Positions 8,052-16,181 are shown, counted from the stretch's first letter. The stretch: 36,264 bases of DNA from a virus (IMGVR_UViG_2778261165_000017:1-36264), one strand, 5' to 3'. The notes: generated from the sequence alone by a model not told the origin. Program-made: numbers and translations.

Positions 8052-9098
8052 ATGGCTAACGCCTGGCTCAGATTATGGCATGACATGCCAAACGATCCTA
8101 AGTGGCGAACAATTTCCAGGGTGTCAGGACAGCCAATCGCAACAGTGATGGCTGTGTATATCCACCTCCTGGTGAGCGCGTCACGAAATGTCACGCGAGG
8201 TCACATTGATGTCACGACAGAAGATTTGGCAAGTGCGCTCGACGTGACAGAAGAGGTAATTGATTCAATTTTGCAGACGATGCAGGGGCGGGTACTTGAT
8301 GGTGATTTAATCACTGGATGGGAAAAACGCCAGGTGCTTAAAGAGGACAACGGCAATATTTCGCAAACCGCAAAATCTCCTGCAGAGCGCAAGAGGGCGC
8401 AGCGAGAGAGGGAAAGAAAGCGGGAACAAAATGGCGATTGTCACGGAGCGTCACGAAATGTCACGCACATGTCACGGCAAGTCACGACAGATAAAGATAC
8501 AGATAAAGATACAGATAAAGAAGATCAAAACACTATGGTCCATGGCGTAAAAAACGCCACGAACCAGGCAGGGGATGTTCAGACCGTCAATCCTGGTCAG
8601 CCAGCAGGCACGACACCGGAAGCCGATTCGGGCGCTGTGCAGCAGGTGATGACCGCAAGGCCGGAGCAATCGCACCCACTGCAGCAGCCTGAAGCCGATT
8701 CCGCCATTCAGCGGGAAGCCGATCGGGTAGTCCCGGAAAAAAACGGGCAGTCTGTGGGAAGAGTGGATTATCCGGATGTGTTCGAACAGGTCTGGCGGGA
8801 GTACCCGTTGCGTGCCGGGGCAAACCCGAAGAAATCCGCTTTCAGTGCCTGGAAGGCCAGATTACGCGAGGGGGTGCCACCAGAGGCCATGCTGGATGGC
8901 GTGAGGCGTTACGCAAGATACCTGGCGGCTACCGGGAAAACGGGAACGGAATTTGTTCAGCGAGCGACGACGTTTTTGGGACCGGACCGGAATTTTGAGA
9001 ACCCCTGGTTGCTCCCGGTAAGCGGCACGAACAACCAGCGTTGTGTGAATCATATTTCTGAACCTGATACAGAAATTCCGCCTGGTTTCAGGGGATAA
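8052..9098 (+). CDS. Replication initiator (O-analogue) with origin iterons inside its coding sequence (348 aa)
   Basis: AAGAGG RBS 5 nt upstream of ATG 8052; position after cro/cII-like genes; gene contains nine GTCACG repeats at helical spacing. Confidence 0.65.
   Translation: MANAWLRLWHDMPNDPKWRTISRVSGQPIATVMAVYIHLLVSASRNVTRGHIDVTTEDLASALDVTEEVIDSILQTMQGRVLDGDLITGWEKRQVLKEDNGNISQTAKSPAERKRAQRERERKREQNGDCHGASRNVTHMSRQVTTDKDTDKDTDKEDQNTMVHGVKNATNQAGDVQTVNPGQPAGTTPEADSGAVQQVMTARPEQSHPLQQPEADSAIQREADRVVPEKNGQSVGRVDYPDVFEQVWREYPLRAGANPKKSAFSAWKARLREGVPPEAMLDGVRRYARYLAATGKTGTEFVQRATTFLGPDRNFENPWLLPVSGTNNQRCVNHISEPDTEIPPGFRG
8178..8216. repeat. Iteron cluster 1: GTCACG/GTCACA at 8180, 8190, 8200, 8211
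   Basis: Direct repeats at 10-11 bp spacing counted in sequence. Confidence 0.7.
8440..8522. repeat. Iteron cluster 2 (GTCACG at 8440, 8450, 8460, 8471, 8481) followed by a 12-bp tandem repeat ACAGATAAAGAT x3 (8487..8522)
   Basis: Direct repeats at 10-11 bp spacing; exact 19-bp duplicate GCGTCACGAAATGTCACGC at 8178..8196 and 8448..8466; A+T-rich tandem repeat immediately downstream. Confidence 0.7.
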
Positions 9099-9138
9099 GT
9101 GTTGATTTCAGGTCATGAGGTAATTTTAAGGAGGACTT

Positions 9139-9561
9139 GTGGTAAAAGTTTTTACACAAGAAGAGCGAGAAAAAATTAAAGGGCAGGTTGTTGAGCTAGT
9201 ACGCCGGAGTGGGCGCGAGACGCTACGGCAACTGGAATCCAAGACAGGTGCGACAAGATATCTGATCAGCGTTCTCGCCAGAGAGCTGGTTGCCAGTGGC
9301 GATATATACAACTCTGGTTACGGGTTATTCCCGTCTGAACAGGCGCGTAAGGACTGGCAAAATGCCCGTAAAAAGCTCTCAAGGGCAAAGCTGAAGAAAC
9401 CATCTGCGGTTGATCCGGACCTTATCTGGTCATTACCAGACGGAGAAATACGTCGCTACGACAGGCGTATGAACATAATCTGTCGCGAGTGCCGGAGAAG
9501 TGAAGTTATGCAGCGCGTGCTGGCGTTCTATCAGGGGAATTTTCAGGAGGTGATGCTGTGA
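9139..9561 (+). CDS. Hypothetical protein (140 aa)
   Basis: AAGGAGG RBS 4-5 nt before GTG start; translationally coupled to the next gene. Confidence 0.6.
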   Translation: MVKVFTQEEREKIKGQVVELVRRSGRETLRQLESKTGATRYLISVLARELVASGDIYNSGYGLFPSEQARKDWQNARKKLSRAKLKKPSAVDPDLIWSLPDGEIRRYDRRMNIICRECRRSEVMQRVLAFYQGNFQEVML

Positions 9562-10046
9562 GTACACCGGCAACCATTCTTGATATGTGCTGTGGCAGCC
9601 GTATGTTCTGGTTCGATAAGAATGACGACCGGGCGATATTTAGCGATATCAGAAAGGAAGAGCATACATTGTGCGATGGGCGACGCCTGATTATTAGCCC
9701 TGACCTGATAGCAGATTTTCGTGCATTACCATTTGCAGACGCAACGTTTCCGGTTGTTGTATTCGACCCTCCGCATCTTGAGCGTATTGGTGATAATGCC
9801 TGGATGGGAAAGAAATATGGACGGCTGAATAAAGATACCTGGCGTGATGATTTGCGGCAGGGATTTAAAGAAGCCTTTCGTGTGTTGTGGCCACATGGCG
9901 TTCTGATTTTTAAATGGAATGAAACGCAAATATCTGTCCGCCAGATATTGGCACTGACCGACGTGAAACCAATCATCAGCCAGCGCACTGGTAAGAACGA
10001 TAAAACACATTGGATTATTTTTATGAAGGAGGCAACCAGTGGGTAA
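9558..10046 (+). CDS. Phage Dam-type N6-adenine DNA methyltransferase (162 aa)
   Basis: DPPH motif (DPPY/F/H class) and N-terminal CCGSRMF SAM-binding-like motif; AGGAGG RBS 7 nt before GTG start. Confidence 0.65.
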   Translation: MSTPATILDMCCGSRMFWFDKNDDRAIFSDIRKEEHTLCDGRRLIISPDLIADFRALPFADATFPVVVFDPPHLERIGDNAWMGKKYGRLNKDTWRDDLRQGFKEAFRVLWPHGVLIFKWNETQISVRQILALTDVKPIISQRTGKNDKTHWIIFMKEATSG

Positions 10047-10293
10047 ATCAAAATGCCTGGTTTATGGCAACAAGATAGAACCGTGTACGGCACTGGCAAA
10101 ATCCCTTGAGCATGATGCTGAATACACGACGCGAAAAGGTCTGCTGATATACAAAATCTGGAATGAGAGTTTAACTCGCGGCCCTGATTTGGTGATGTTG
10201 CGTTCCGGTGAATTTTCTAAATCACCAGTGCGGGTTTCATTTTGTCCGTTCTGTGGTGAAAGTCTGAAAACGTGGGAGAACAGAAATGAATGA
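10039..10293 (+). CDS. Small zinc-ribbon-like protein (84 aa)
   Basis: AAGGAGG RBS 6 nt before GTG; Cys pairs (C..C...CPFCGE); overlaps neighbours. Confidence 0.5.
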   Translation: MGKSKCLVYGNKIEPCTALAKSLEHDAEYTTRKGLLIYKIWNESLTRGPDLVMLRSGEFSKSPVRVSFCPFCGESLKTWENRNE

Positions 10294-10597
10294 AATTAAA
10301 GAAATACCAGTAGTACGTGATGAATATGGCTGCTGGACGCATCCTGAATATGAAAAATTCTGTGATGGTAGAGAACATATTTCAACGGAAGAGTTTAACG
10401 CATGGATGGAGGAAAATAATCTTCAATGGACCATCAGAACTATGGATGAAGATGATTTTAATCTGGACGCAGATGGTCCCGATATTGCCGCTTGGGAACC
10501 AGAGCGACCAGAGGGCGAAGGCTGGTTTGTTGGCTCTATTCATGACACTGAAGATGGTCCTGTTTGTGTATGGCTGAGAAATAAGGCTGAAGCATAA
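10286..10597 (+). CDS. Hypothetical acidic protein (103 aa)
   Basis: Overlaps upstream gene stop; coding-like composition. Confidence 0.55.
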   Translation: MNEIKEIPVVRDEYGCWTHPEYEKFCDGREHISTEEFNAWMEENNLQWTIRTMDEDDFNLDADGPDIAAWEPERPEGEGWFVGSIHDTEDGPVCVWLRNKAEA

Positions 10598-10726
10598 AGG
10601 CGATAAATCACCTGGCAACAAAACACTGAAAAATTTAAATCAGAAGTGAATTTTATTAAATCCTTAACCGGAGGGATTCCTGCACCCTCAGAACATCAGG
10701 AGGCCGCCTGAAAGGGCGGTAATGAA

Positions 10727-10909
10727 ATGCGAAAGTTCAGAATAATAATTGAAACGGGAATGGCTGGTGGAGATTTTGAGGATGTATTCGAAGTGGATGA
10801 TGGCGCGACACCAGATGAAATACAGGACGAAGCAAAAGAAATTTTCTTTAACTACTGCAATTACTCATATCACGAAATAAAAGACGAGGAGGAAGAACAA
10901 AATGGCTGA
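10727..10909 (+). CDS. Hypothetical acidic protein (60 aa)
   Basis: ORF with weak RBS; overlaps next gene start. Confidence 0.4.
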   Translation: MRKFRIIIETGMAGGDFEDVFEVDDGATPDEIQDEAKEIFFNYCNYSYHEIKDEEEEQNG

Positions 10910-11078
10910 TTTTGGTTCAACTAAATACAACGTCAGTTTTGAAGAATGGCATGAACTGTTAATGGACTATGCAGAGTTACGCGGTGGAAGTGCTGCTGAT
11001 GCTGAAGCATGGCGTGATGATTATGAAGCAGGGAAAACTCCGGTCGAAGCATATTGTGATGAGTGGGGCGATGAATGA
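10902..11078 (+). CDS. Hypothetical protein (58 aa)
   Basis: Hand-translated MADFGSTKYNVSFEEWHELLMDYAELRGG...; ATGA overlap with next gene at 11075. Confidence 0.4.
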   Translation: MADFGSTKYNVSFEEWHELLMDYAELRGGSAADAEAWRDDYEAGKTPVEAYCDEWGDE

Positions 11079-11623
11079 GCGGGATTAACTATCAGATGCT
11101 GCGGGATAAGGCAGAGAACGCAACTAAAGGAGGCTACATCGTAGGGCATACATCTGTTAACCAGCACGGTAATTTAACAGGAGTTTTTGTTTGTCAAAAA
11201 TGGAAAGGAGAACCAGGTGGCGTGATTGCAGAATGTCATGTTAACTGCCTGGTTGAAACAGATGCTCAGGCTTATGCAAACGCAGAATTCATAGCAGAGG
11301 CTAGCCCGGCTACCGTGCTGGCACTACTGGATGAACGGGAAAGGAACCAGCAATACATCAAAAGCCGCGATCAGGAGAACGAGGATATTGCGCTAACGGT
11401 AGGGAAGCTGCGCGTTGAGCTTGAAGCAGAAAAACAGCGGGCAAAAGTTCTATTTATGGAAAATGCTCGGCTTAAGTCAGGCATAGCCGGTCTGATACAC
11501 CTCGGTATTCGATATGCAGATGTTGAGGTCATGAGAATTGCTGGAGATGCCCAGCTTTCTACCCCATGCACTGACAGCATCATAAACAGCATTGCAACAG
11601 GCATTCGCATCAAAGGAGAGTGA
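11075..11623 (+). CDS. Ead/Ea22-like protein (182 aa)
   Basis: Motif ATVLALLDERERNQQYIKSRDQENEDIALTVGKLRVELE recalled from Ead/Ea22-family prophage proteins. Confidence 0.6.
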   Translation: MSGINYQMLRDKAENATKGGYIVGHTSVNQHGNLTGVFVCQKWKGEPGGVIAECHVNCLVETDAQAYANAEFIAEASPATVLALLDERERNQQYIKSRDQENEDIALTVGKLRVELEAEKQRAKVLFMENARLKSGIAGLIHLGIRYADVEVMRIAGDAQLSTPCTDSIINSIATGIRIKGE

Positions 11624-11624
11624 T

Positions 11625-11834
11625 ATGGCTATCGCTGCAAGTTACACCATGCATCTCTATTGTGATTGCCTCCAGTGTACAGATGGCAAATATAAGTCGC
11701 CAGACTTCGGTGAGTATATAGGTACGTCATGGGCTGGCTGTGCAAAAGAGGCGCGCAAGGATGGCTGGCGAATAAGCAAAGACAAAACGCGTGCTTTTTC
11801 ACCCGGGCATAAAGTTTTGAGGATTAACAAATGA
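11625..11834 (+). CDS. Hypothetical Cys-rich protein (69 aa)
   Basis: AAAGGAGAG RBS before ATG 11625; ATGA overlap with next gene. Confidence 0.5.
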   Translation: MAIAASYTMHLYCDCLQCTDGKYKSPDFGEYIGTSWAGCAKEARKDGWRISKDKTRAFSPGHKVLRINK

Positions 11835-12640
11835 CAACATTTACCGACGACGACAAGAAACTAATTAAAGAAATCAAAGAGCGTATCAGCAGCCCGGAGG
11901 TTCGAGACGATATTGAGCGCCGGGCTTATGAAATAGCGTTAGCCTCGCTGGAAGCAGAGCCGGTGGCATGGCTGCATTCAGACAATGGCTTAGGTATTCC
12001 GGCAATAACGAGGAGTAAAAACATTGCTGACAGTTGGTTATCAAAGAGCTGGTATGTTCAGCCGCTATATATAGCCAAGCCAGTGCCGGTGGTGCCAGAT
12101 GCTCGTCCGTCTTTAAATAATGGCATAGTCGGCTTTGATGAAGGCTGGAACGCTTGCCGCGCCGCCATGATTCATGCCGGAAACTTTCGGGAAAACTTGA
12201 ATTCGTCAACCAATAATTTTCGGGAAATTGCGGAAACGTCAATCAACTCTCCGGTAGTTCCTGGTGAGGTGTTGTCCGCAATCCGGGAGGTTGCCAGGGT
12301 TCGTGCCGATTTCGATGATTTTGACGGTGACAGGCGAGGTATCGGTGATTGTCTGAATGAGTCTGAGCAAGAGCTTATCGTTACCATTAACAAATATGCC
12401 AGTCAGATTGCAGCAAAGCCGCCGCAGGAGGAGAAGAGTGGGAACGCTGACTGTACCGCCACTTCTGGTAAAACTGACAATCCACAAGCATCCGGAAAAC
12501 AGGTTGATGAATTAACCATGTTGGTTAAGCGATTAGCCAGTTCGTTAAAAAGCGTCAATAAATCAAGTAAGCTGCCTGATAAGGCGATGGATTATCTTTT
12601 GCGGAACGGACTGGTAAGTGTGGAGGGGAGGGGACGATGA
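11831..12640 (+). CDS. Hypothetical phage protein (269 aa)
   Basis: Long ORF translationally coupled to neighbours; no family assigned. Confidence 0.6.
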   Translation: MTTFTDDDKKLIKEIKERISSPEVRDDIERRAYEIALASLEAEPVAWLHSDNGLGIPAITRSKNIADSWLSKSWYVQPLYIAKPVPVVPDARPSLNNGIVGFDEGWNACRAAMIHAGNFRENLNSSTNNFREIAETSINSPVVPGEVLSAIREVARVRADFDDFDGDRRGIGDCLNESEQELIVTINKYASQIAAKPPQEEKSGNADCTATSGKTDNPQASGKQVDELTMLVKRLASSLKSVNKSSKLPDKAMDYLLRNGLVSVEGRGR

Positions 12641-12720
12641 CCTGGCCTGAGGCATTTACCACGGTAGGGATTGCAATGGCCGTGGCGTTGGTGGTGTATT
12701 CGATTTGCCGCTGGGGGTAA
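12637..12720 (+). CDS. Possible 27-aa membrane peptide
   Basis: ATGA-coupled to the upstream gene; single hydrophobic helix (MTWPEAFTTVGIAMAVALVVYSICRWG). Confidence 0.3.
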   Translation: MTWPEAFTTVGIAMAVALVVYSICRWG

Positions 12721-12882
12721 GGTATTAAAGAATGCCCCCGCACACATAAGTTGAGCGTCTGAGGTGTGGGGATAGGGAGTTAGTTAAATTGTTATACAAC
12801 AATATCTGATTTTGTATTGAAGCAAGGAAGAGGTTGCCACATATTGAATCATGCACGTGTACGTCAAATGTGGGAGGTCATC

Positions 12883-12972
12883 GTGCTGGTTCTGAAATGT
12901 GCGCTGGCTATTGCGGCTGTAATGGCAATTTATTGTCTTGTTATCGTTCTTATGGATCACCTTTCTGATTGA
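12883..12972 (+). CDS. Possible 29-aa hydrophobic peptide
   Basis: GGGAGG RBS 6 nt before GTG; VLVLKCALAIAAVMAIYCLVIVLMDHLSD; 210 nt upstream of hok. Confidence 0.3.
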   Translation: MLVLKCALAIAAVMAIYCLVIVLMDHLSD

Positions 12973-13127
12973 TTTTATATTGGCGAGGTGACGGGAGTTA
13001 AGTAGAATTGCTGCGGGTGCTTGAGGCTGTCTGCCTCAGGCATGAACACCAAAAGGCAGATAGAGAAAAGCCCCAGTTAACATTACGCGTCCTGCAAGAC
13101 GCTTAACATTAATCTGAGGCCATATCT

Positions 13128-13340
13128 ATGCTCTACACACGTAGGTTAGCCTCTTACGTGCCGAAAGGCAAGGAGAAGCAGGCTATGAAGCAGCAAAAGG
13201 CGATGCTAATCGCCCTGATCGTCATCTGTTTAACCGTCATAGTGACGGCACTGGTAACGAGGAAAGACCTCTGCGAGGTACGAATCCGAACCGGCCAGAC
13301 GGAGGTCGCTGTCTTCACAGCTTACGAACCTGAGGAGTAA
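13128..13340 (+). CDS. mok: Mok-like in-frame extended reading frame (70 aa)
   Basis: In-frame N-terminal extension of hok, like MokC (69 aa) as recalled. Confidence 0.5.
   Translation: MLYTRRLASYVPKGKEKQAMKQQKAMLIALIVICLTVIVTALVTRKDLCEVRIRTGQTEVAVFTAYEPEE
13185..13340 (+). CDS. hok: Hok/Gef-family type I toxin (51 aa)
   Basis: MKQQKAMLIALIVICLTVIVTALVTRKDLCEVRIRTGQTEVAVFTAYEPEE is near-identical to HokC/Gef as recalled; AAGGAG RBS. Confidence 0.85.
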   Translation: MKQQKAMLIALIVICLTVIVTALVTRKDLCEVRIRTGQTEVAVFTAYEPEE

Positions 13341-13410
13341 GAGACCCGGCGGGGGGAGAAATCCCTCGCCACCGCTGATGTGTCAGGCATCCTCAACGCA
13401 CCCGCACTTA

Positions 13411-13437
13411 ACCCGCTTCGGCGGGTTTTGTTTTTTC
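13411..13437 (+). terminator. Intrinsic terminator after hok
   Basis: Hairpin ACCCGC-TTCG-GCGGGT followed by TTTTGTTTTTT. Confidence 0.7.
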
Positions 13438-13508
13438 TGGTCGTTCTGGTTTACAATCCATCCGTCAGCCTGAACAACTGGCACCTGCTGCGCCAGCAGA
13501 GAAAACAG

Positions 13509-13787
13509 ATGGCGCACGATACCAAATTTTACAATTCGGATAACTCTGCCGCCCCTGCCAGCAGGCACGGGCGGCGTTCTCATGCATTCAAATATGACTG
13601 GTATCAGCACGATCCCTGCACTGAAGAACAGGCCGAATGGCTGATCCATAACTACCGCAGACGTGGGTATGAGTTTAGGAAAGCCCTCAGCCTCGATTAT
13701 CGTCACTGGATAATCTACGTCAGGCTGCCGTACTCCGAGCGCCCACCGCGTCCGTCCCGCACATTCCAGCAACGCATCTGGAGGTAA
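13509..13787 (+). CDS. Hypothetical basic protein (92 aa)
   Basis: ORF ending 1 nt before the DUF968 gene start; start at internal ATG assumed. Confidence 0.45.
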   Translation: MAHDTKFYNSDNSAAPASRHGRRSHAFKYDWYQHDPCTEEQAEWLIHNYRRRGYEFRKALSLDYRHWIIYVRLPYSERPPRPSRTFQQRIWR

Positions 13788-13788
13788 C

Positions 13789-14844
13789 GTGCGGGTATTA
13801 CTTCGACCTGTTCTGGTACCGGAACTCGGGCTGGTGATCGTTAAGCCGGGCCGTGAATCCATGCCGGTATTCCACAATACCCGGGTACTGGTGGAGCCGG
13901 AACCGAAAAGCATGCGTAATCTGCCGTCCGGGGTCGTTCCTGCCGTTCGCCAGCCGCTGGCGGAGGATAAATCATTACTGCCATTTTTCAGCGACGAACG
14001 AGTGATTCGTGCTGCTGGTGGCGCTGGCGCATTGTCTGACTGGTTACTGCGCCATGTTAAATCCTGCCAGTGGCCACACGGTGATTATCACCACAGTGAA
14101 ACCGTCATTCACCGTTATGGTACCGGCGCAATGGTGTTGTGCTGGCACTGCGACAACCAGCTGCGCGACCAGACCTCCGAATCACTCGGGCAACTTGCTC
14201 ACCAAAACCTGTCTGCATGGATGATTGACGTCATACGCCATGCAATGAATGGCTCGCAGGAACGGGAATTATCGCTGGCTGAATTATCCTGGTGGGCGGT
14301 CCGCAATCAGGTGGCGGACGCGCTACCGGAAGCGGTATTACGTCGTTCGCTGGGGTTGCGTGCGGAAAAAATCCGCTCAATGTACCGTGAAAGCGACATC
14401 GTACCGGGAGAGCAGACCGCCACCAGCATACTGAAGCAGCGCACAAAAAATCTTGCGCCGCTGCCTCACGCCCACCAGCAAAACCCGCCACAGGAAAAGA
14501 CGGTGGTCAGCATTGCCGTTGATCCCGAGTCACCGGCTCAGTATCTCCAGCGCCAGAAATCACAACGGGAAGAGATGCCTGTATACACGCGCTGGGTAAA
14601 AACGCAGAAATGCATGACGTGTGGCAATCAGGCAGATGATCCGCATCACATCATTGGTCATGGACTGGGAGGGATGGGAACAAAGGCTGATGATTTGTTT
14701 GTTATTCCGCTGTGCCGTAAATGCCATAGCGAACTACACGCCGGGGTAAAAGATTTTGAAGAAAAACACGGCAGCCAGCTGTTGTTGCTGATTCGTTTTT
14801 TAATGCACGCGAGAAATTCGGGTGTTCTGAAGTGGAAAGCATAA
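13789..14844 (+). CDS. DUF968-family protein (YdfU-like, 351 aa) with C-terminal HNH-like Cys/His motif
   Basis: GGAGG RBS before GTG; C-terminal CMTCGN...HHIIGHG...CRKCHSELH; same position as ydfU upstream of Q in Qin. Confidence 0.7.
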   Translation: MRVLLRPVLVPELGLVIVKPGRESMPVFHNTRVLVEPEPKSMRNLPSGVVPAVRQPLAEDKSLLPFFSDERVIRAAGGAGALSDWLLRHVKSCQWPHGDYHHSETVIHRYGTGAMVLCWHCDNQLRDQTSESLGQLAHQNLSAWMIDVIRHAMNGSQERELSLAELSWWAVRNQVADALPEAVLRRSLGLRAEKIRSMYRESDIVPGEQTATSILKQRTKNLAPLPHAHQQNPPQEKTVVSIAVDPESPAQYLQRQKSQREEMPVYTRWVKTQKCMTCGNQADDPHHIIGHGLGGMGTKADDLFVIPLCRKCHSELHAGVKDFEEKHGSQLLLLIRFLMHARNSGVLKWKA

Positions 14845-15210
14845 ATGACTGAACGCATAGAATTTGTTTTGCCTTACCCGCCAACGGTGAACACTTACTG
14901 GCGTCGTCGTGGCAGCACATATTTTGTATCAAAAGCCGGGGAGCGTTATCGCCGGGCAGTGGCGCTTATTGTTCGCCAGCAGCGGCTGAAATTAAGCCTG
15001 TCCGGAAGGCTGGCAATAAAAATTATTGCAGAGCCACCGGATAAGCGCCGCCGCGACCTGGACAATATCCTGAAGGCACCACTGGATGCGCTGACGCATG
15101 CCGGACTTCTCATAGACGACGAGCAGTTTGATGAAATCAATATTGTGCGCGGACTGCCTGTTCCTGGTGGTCGGCTGGGGATAAAAATCACAGAACTGGA
15201 GTGCGCATGA
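14845..15210 (+). CDS. rusA: Holliday junction resolvase RusA (121 aa)
   Basis: Motifs YPPTVNTYW, DKRRRDLDN, GGRLGIKITE align with RusA as recalled. Confidence 0.85.
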   Translation: MTERIEFVLPYPPTVNTYWRRRGSTYFVSKAGERYRRAVALIVRQQRLKLSLSGRLAIKIIAEPPDKRRRDLDNILKAPLDALTHAGLLIDDEQFDEINIVRGLPVPGGRLGIKITELECA

Positions 15211-15896
15211 ATAACCAGTATTTACAGTTTGTGCGTGAGCAGCTCATTATCGCTACCGCTGATTTGAGTGGGGCAACAAAAGGTCAGCTTGAAGCCTGGC
15301 AGGAGAATGCCATGTTTGATACAGGGCGTTACAGGCGTAAAAAAATCCGGTACCGCGATGAAGTGACTGGAAGAATGATAACGCGGGATAGTCCACCGAT
15401 ACCGGGAAAACAATCACTGGCGAAAGGCTCATCAATTGCTCTGGTAAGTCAGGTTGAGTTTTCGACATCATCATGGCGACGGGCAGTTCTGTCTCTTGAA
15501 GAACTTCATAAAGCCTGGTTGTTGTGGTGTTACAGCGGGAGTATTTATTGGGAATATCAGATCGCGATAACACAGTGGGCGTGGAATGAATTTAATGCTC
15601 AATCCGGTACCAGAAAAATTGCAGGGAAAACGCAGGAACGCCTGAAAAAATTAATCTGGCTGGCGGCGCAGGCAGTAAAAGCAGAACTTTTTGGTGGGGA
15701 AGGTTATGAATACCAGGAGCTGGCATTACTGGCGGGAGTGACAACTAAAAACTGGTCAAAAACATTTACTCGTCACTGGGTTGCAATGAAACACATTTTT
15801 CACCGACTGGATAGTGAGGCTTTATTGTTTGTAATGAGAACACGTTCAAAACAAAAGACGGCATTTTCAAAGCAAAGTGTTGCAAAAGTAGATTGA
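15207..15896 (+). CDS. Late-gene antiterminator Q-like protein (229 aa)
   Basis: ATGA overlap with rusA; lies immediately upstream of a strong promoter plus terminator and the lysis cassette; family not sequence-verified. Confidence 0.6.
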   Translation: MNNQYLQFVREQLIIATADLSGATKGQLEAWQENAMFDTGRYRRKKIRYRDEVTGRMITRDSPPIPGKQSLAKGSSIALVSQVEFSTSSWRRAVLSLEELHKAWLLWCYSGSIYWEYQIAITQWAWNEFNAQSGTRKIAGKTQERLKKLIWLAAQAVKAELFGGEGYEYQELALLAGVTTKNWSKTFTRHWVAMKHIFHRLDSEALLFVMRTRSKQKTAFSKQSVAKVD

Positions 15897-15908
15897 AAGG
15901 CATATATT
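15880..15908 (+). promoter_or_regulatory. Candidate late promoter (pR'-like): -35 TTGCAA, 17-bp spacer, -10 TATATT
   Basis: Hexamers and spacing read directly from sequence; overlaps the 3' end of the Q-like gene. Confidence 0.5.
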
Positions 15909-15963
15909 TCATGCAAATCTGATATTTTGCCGATTTTGTACGTGATGGCAAAAGCAAACAAAA

Positions 15964-15985
15964 CCCGCCCACAAGCGGGTTTTTT
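15964..15985 (+). terminator. Intrinsic terminator (tR'-like) about 60 nt downstream of the late promoter
   Basis: CCCGC-CCACAA-GCGGG hairpin followed by TTTTTT. Confidence 0.65.
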
Positions 15986-16105
15986 GTGCCACTTATCTCG
16001 GATAGGCATGGTGAATGCGCTGGTGGAGGAGATAAGGGTGATTTTTAACCAGGTGATTTTTGAATGCTTGCAACATTGATTTCGTAACATTATTATCCTG
16101 CGCCC

Positions 16106-16181
16106 GGCCCTTTAGCTCAGTGGTGAGAGCGAGCGACTCATAATCGCCAGGTCGCTGGTTCAAATCCAGCAAGGGCCACCA
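16106..16181 (+). tRNA. tRNA with CAT anticodon, Ile2 (lysidine)-like / Met-type
   Basis: Cloverleaf folded by hand; 7-bp acceptor stem GGCCCTT/AAGGGCC; anticodon loop CTCATAA; closely resembles E. coli ileX as recalled; CCA encoded. Confidence 0.85.

Noticed and set aside
8487-8522. Tandem 12-bp repeats as a possible CRISPR or VNTR element
   Set aside because: Only three short units, inside a coding sequence next to iterons; better explained as the A+T-rich part of the origin.
9506-10099. 197-aa minus-strand ORF (and 13383..13913)
   Set aside because: Antisense to well-supported plus-strand genes (methyltransferase; DUF968 region); no start context.
13128-13184. N-terminal extension of hok as an independent gene
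   Set aside because: It is in frame with hok and matches the mok arrangement; treated as the regulatory Mok frame rather than a separate protein.
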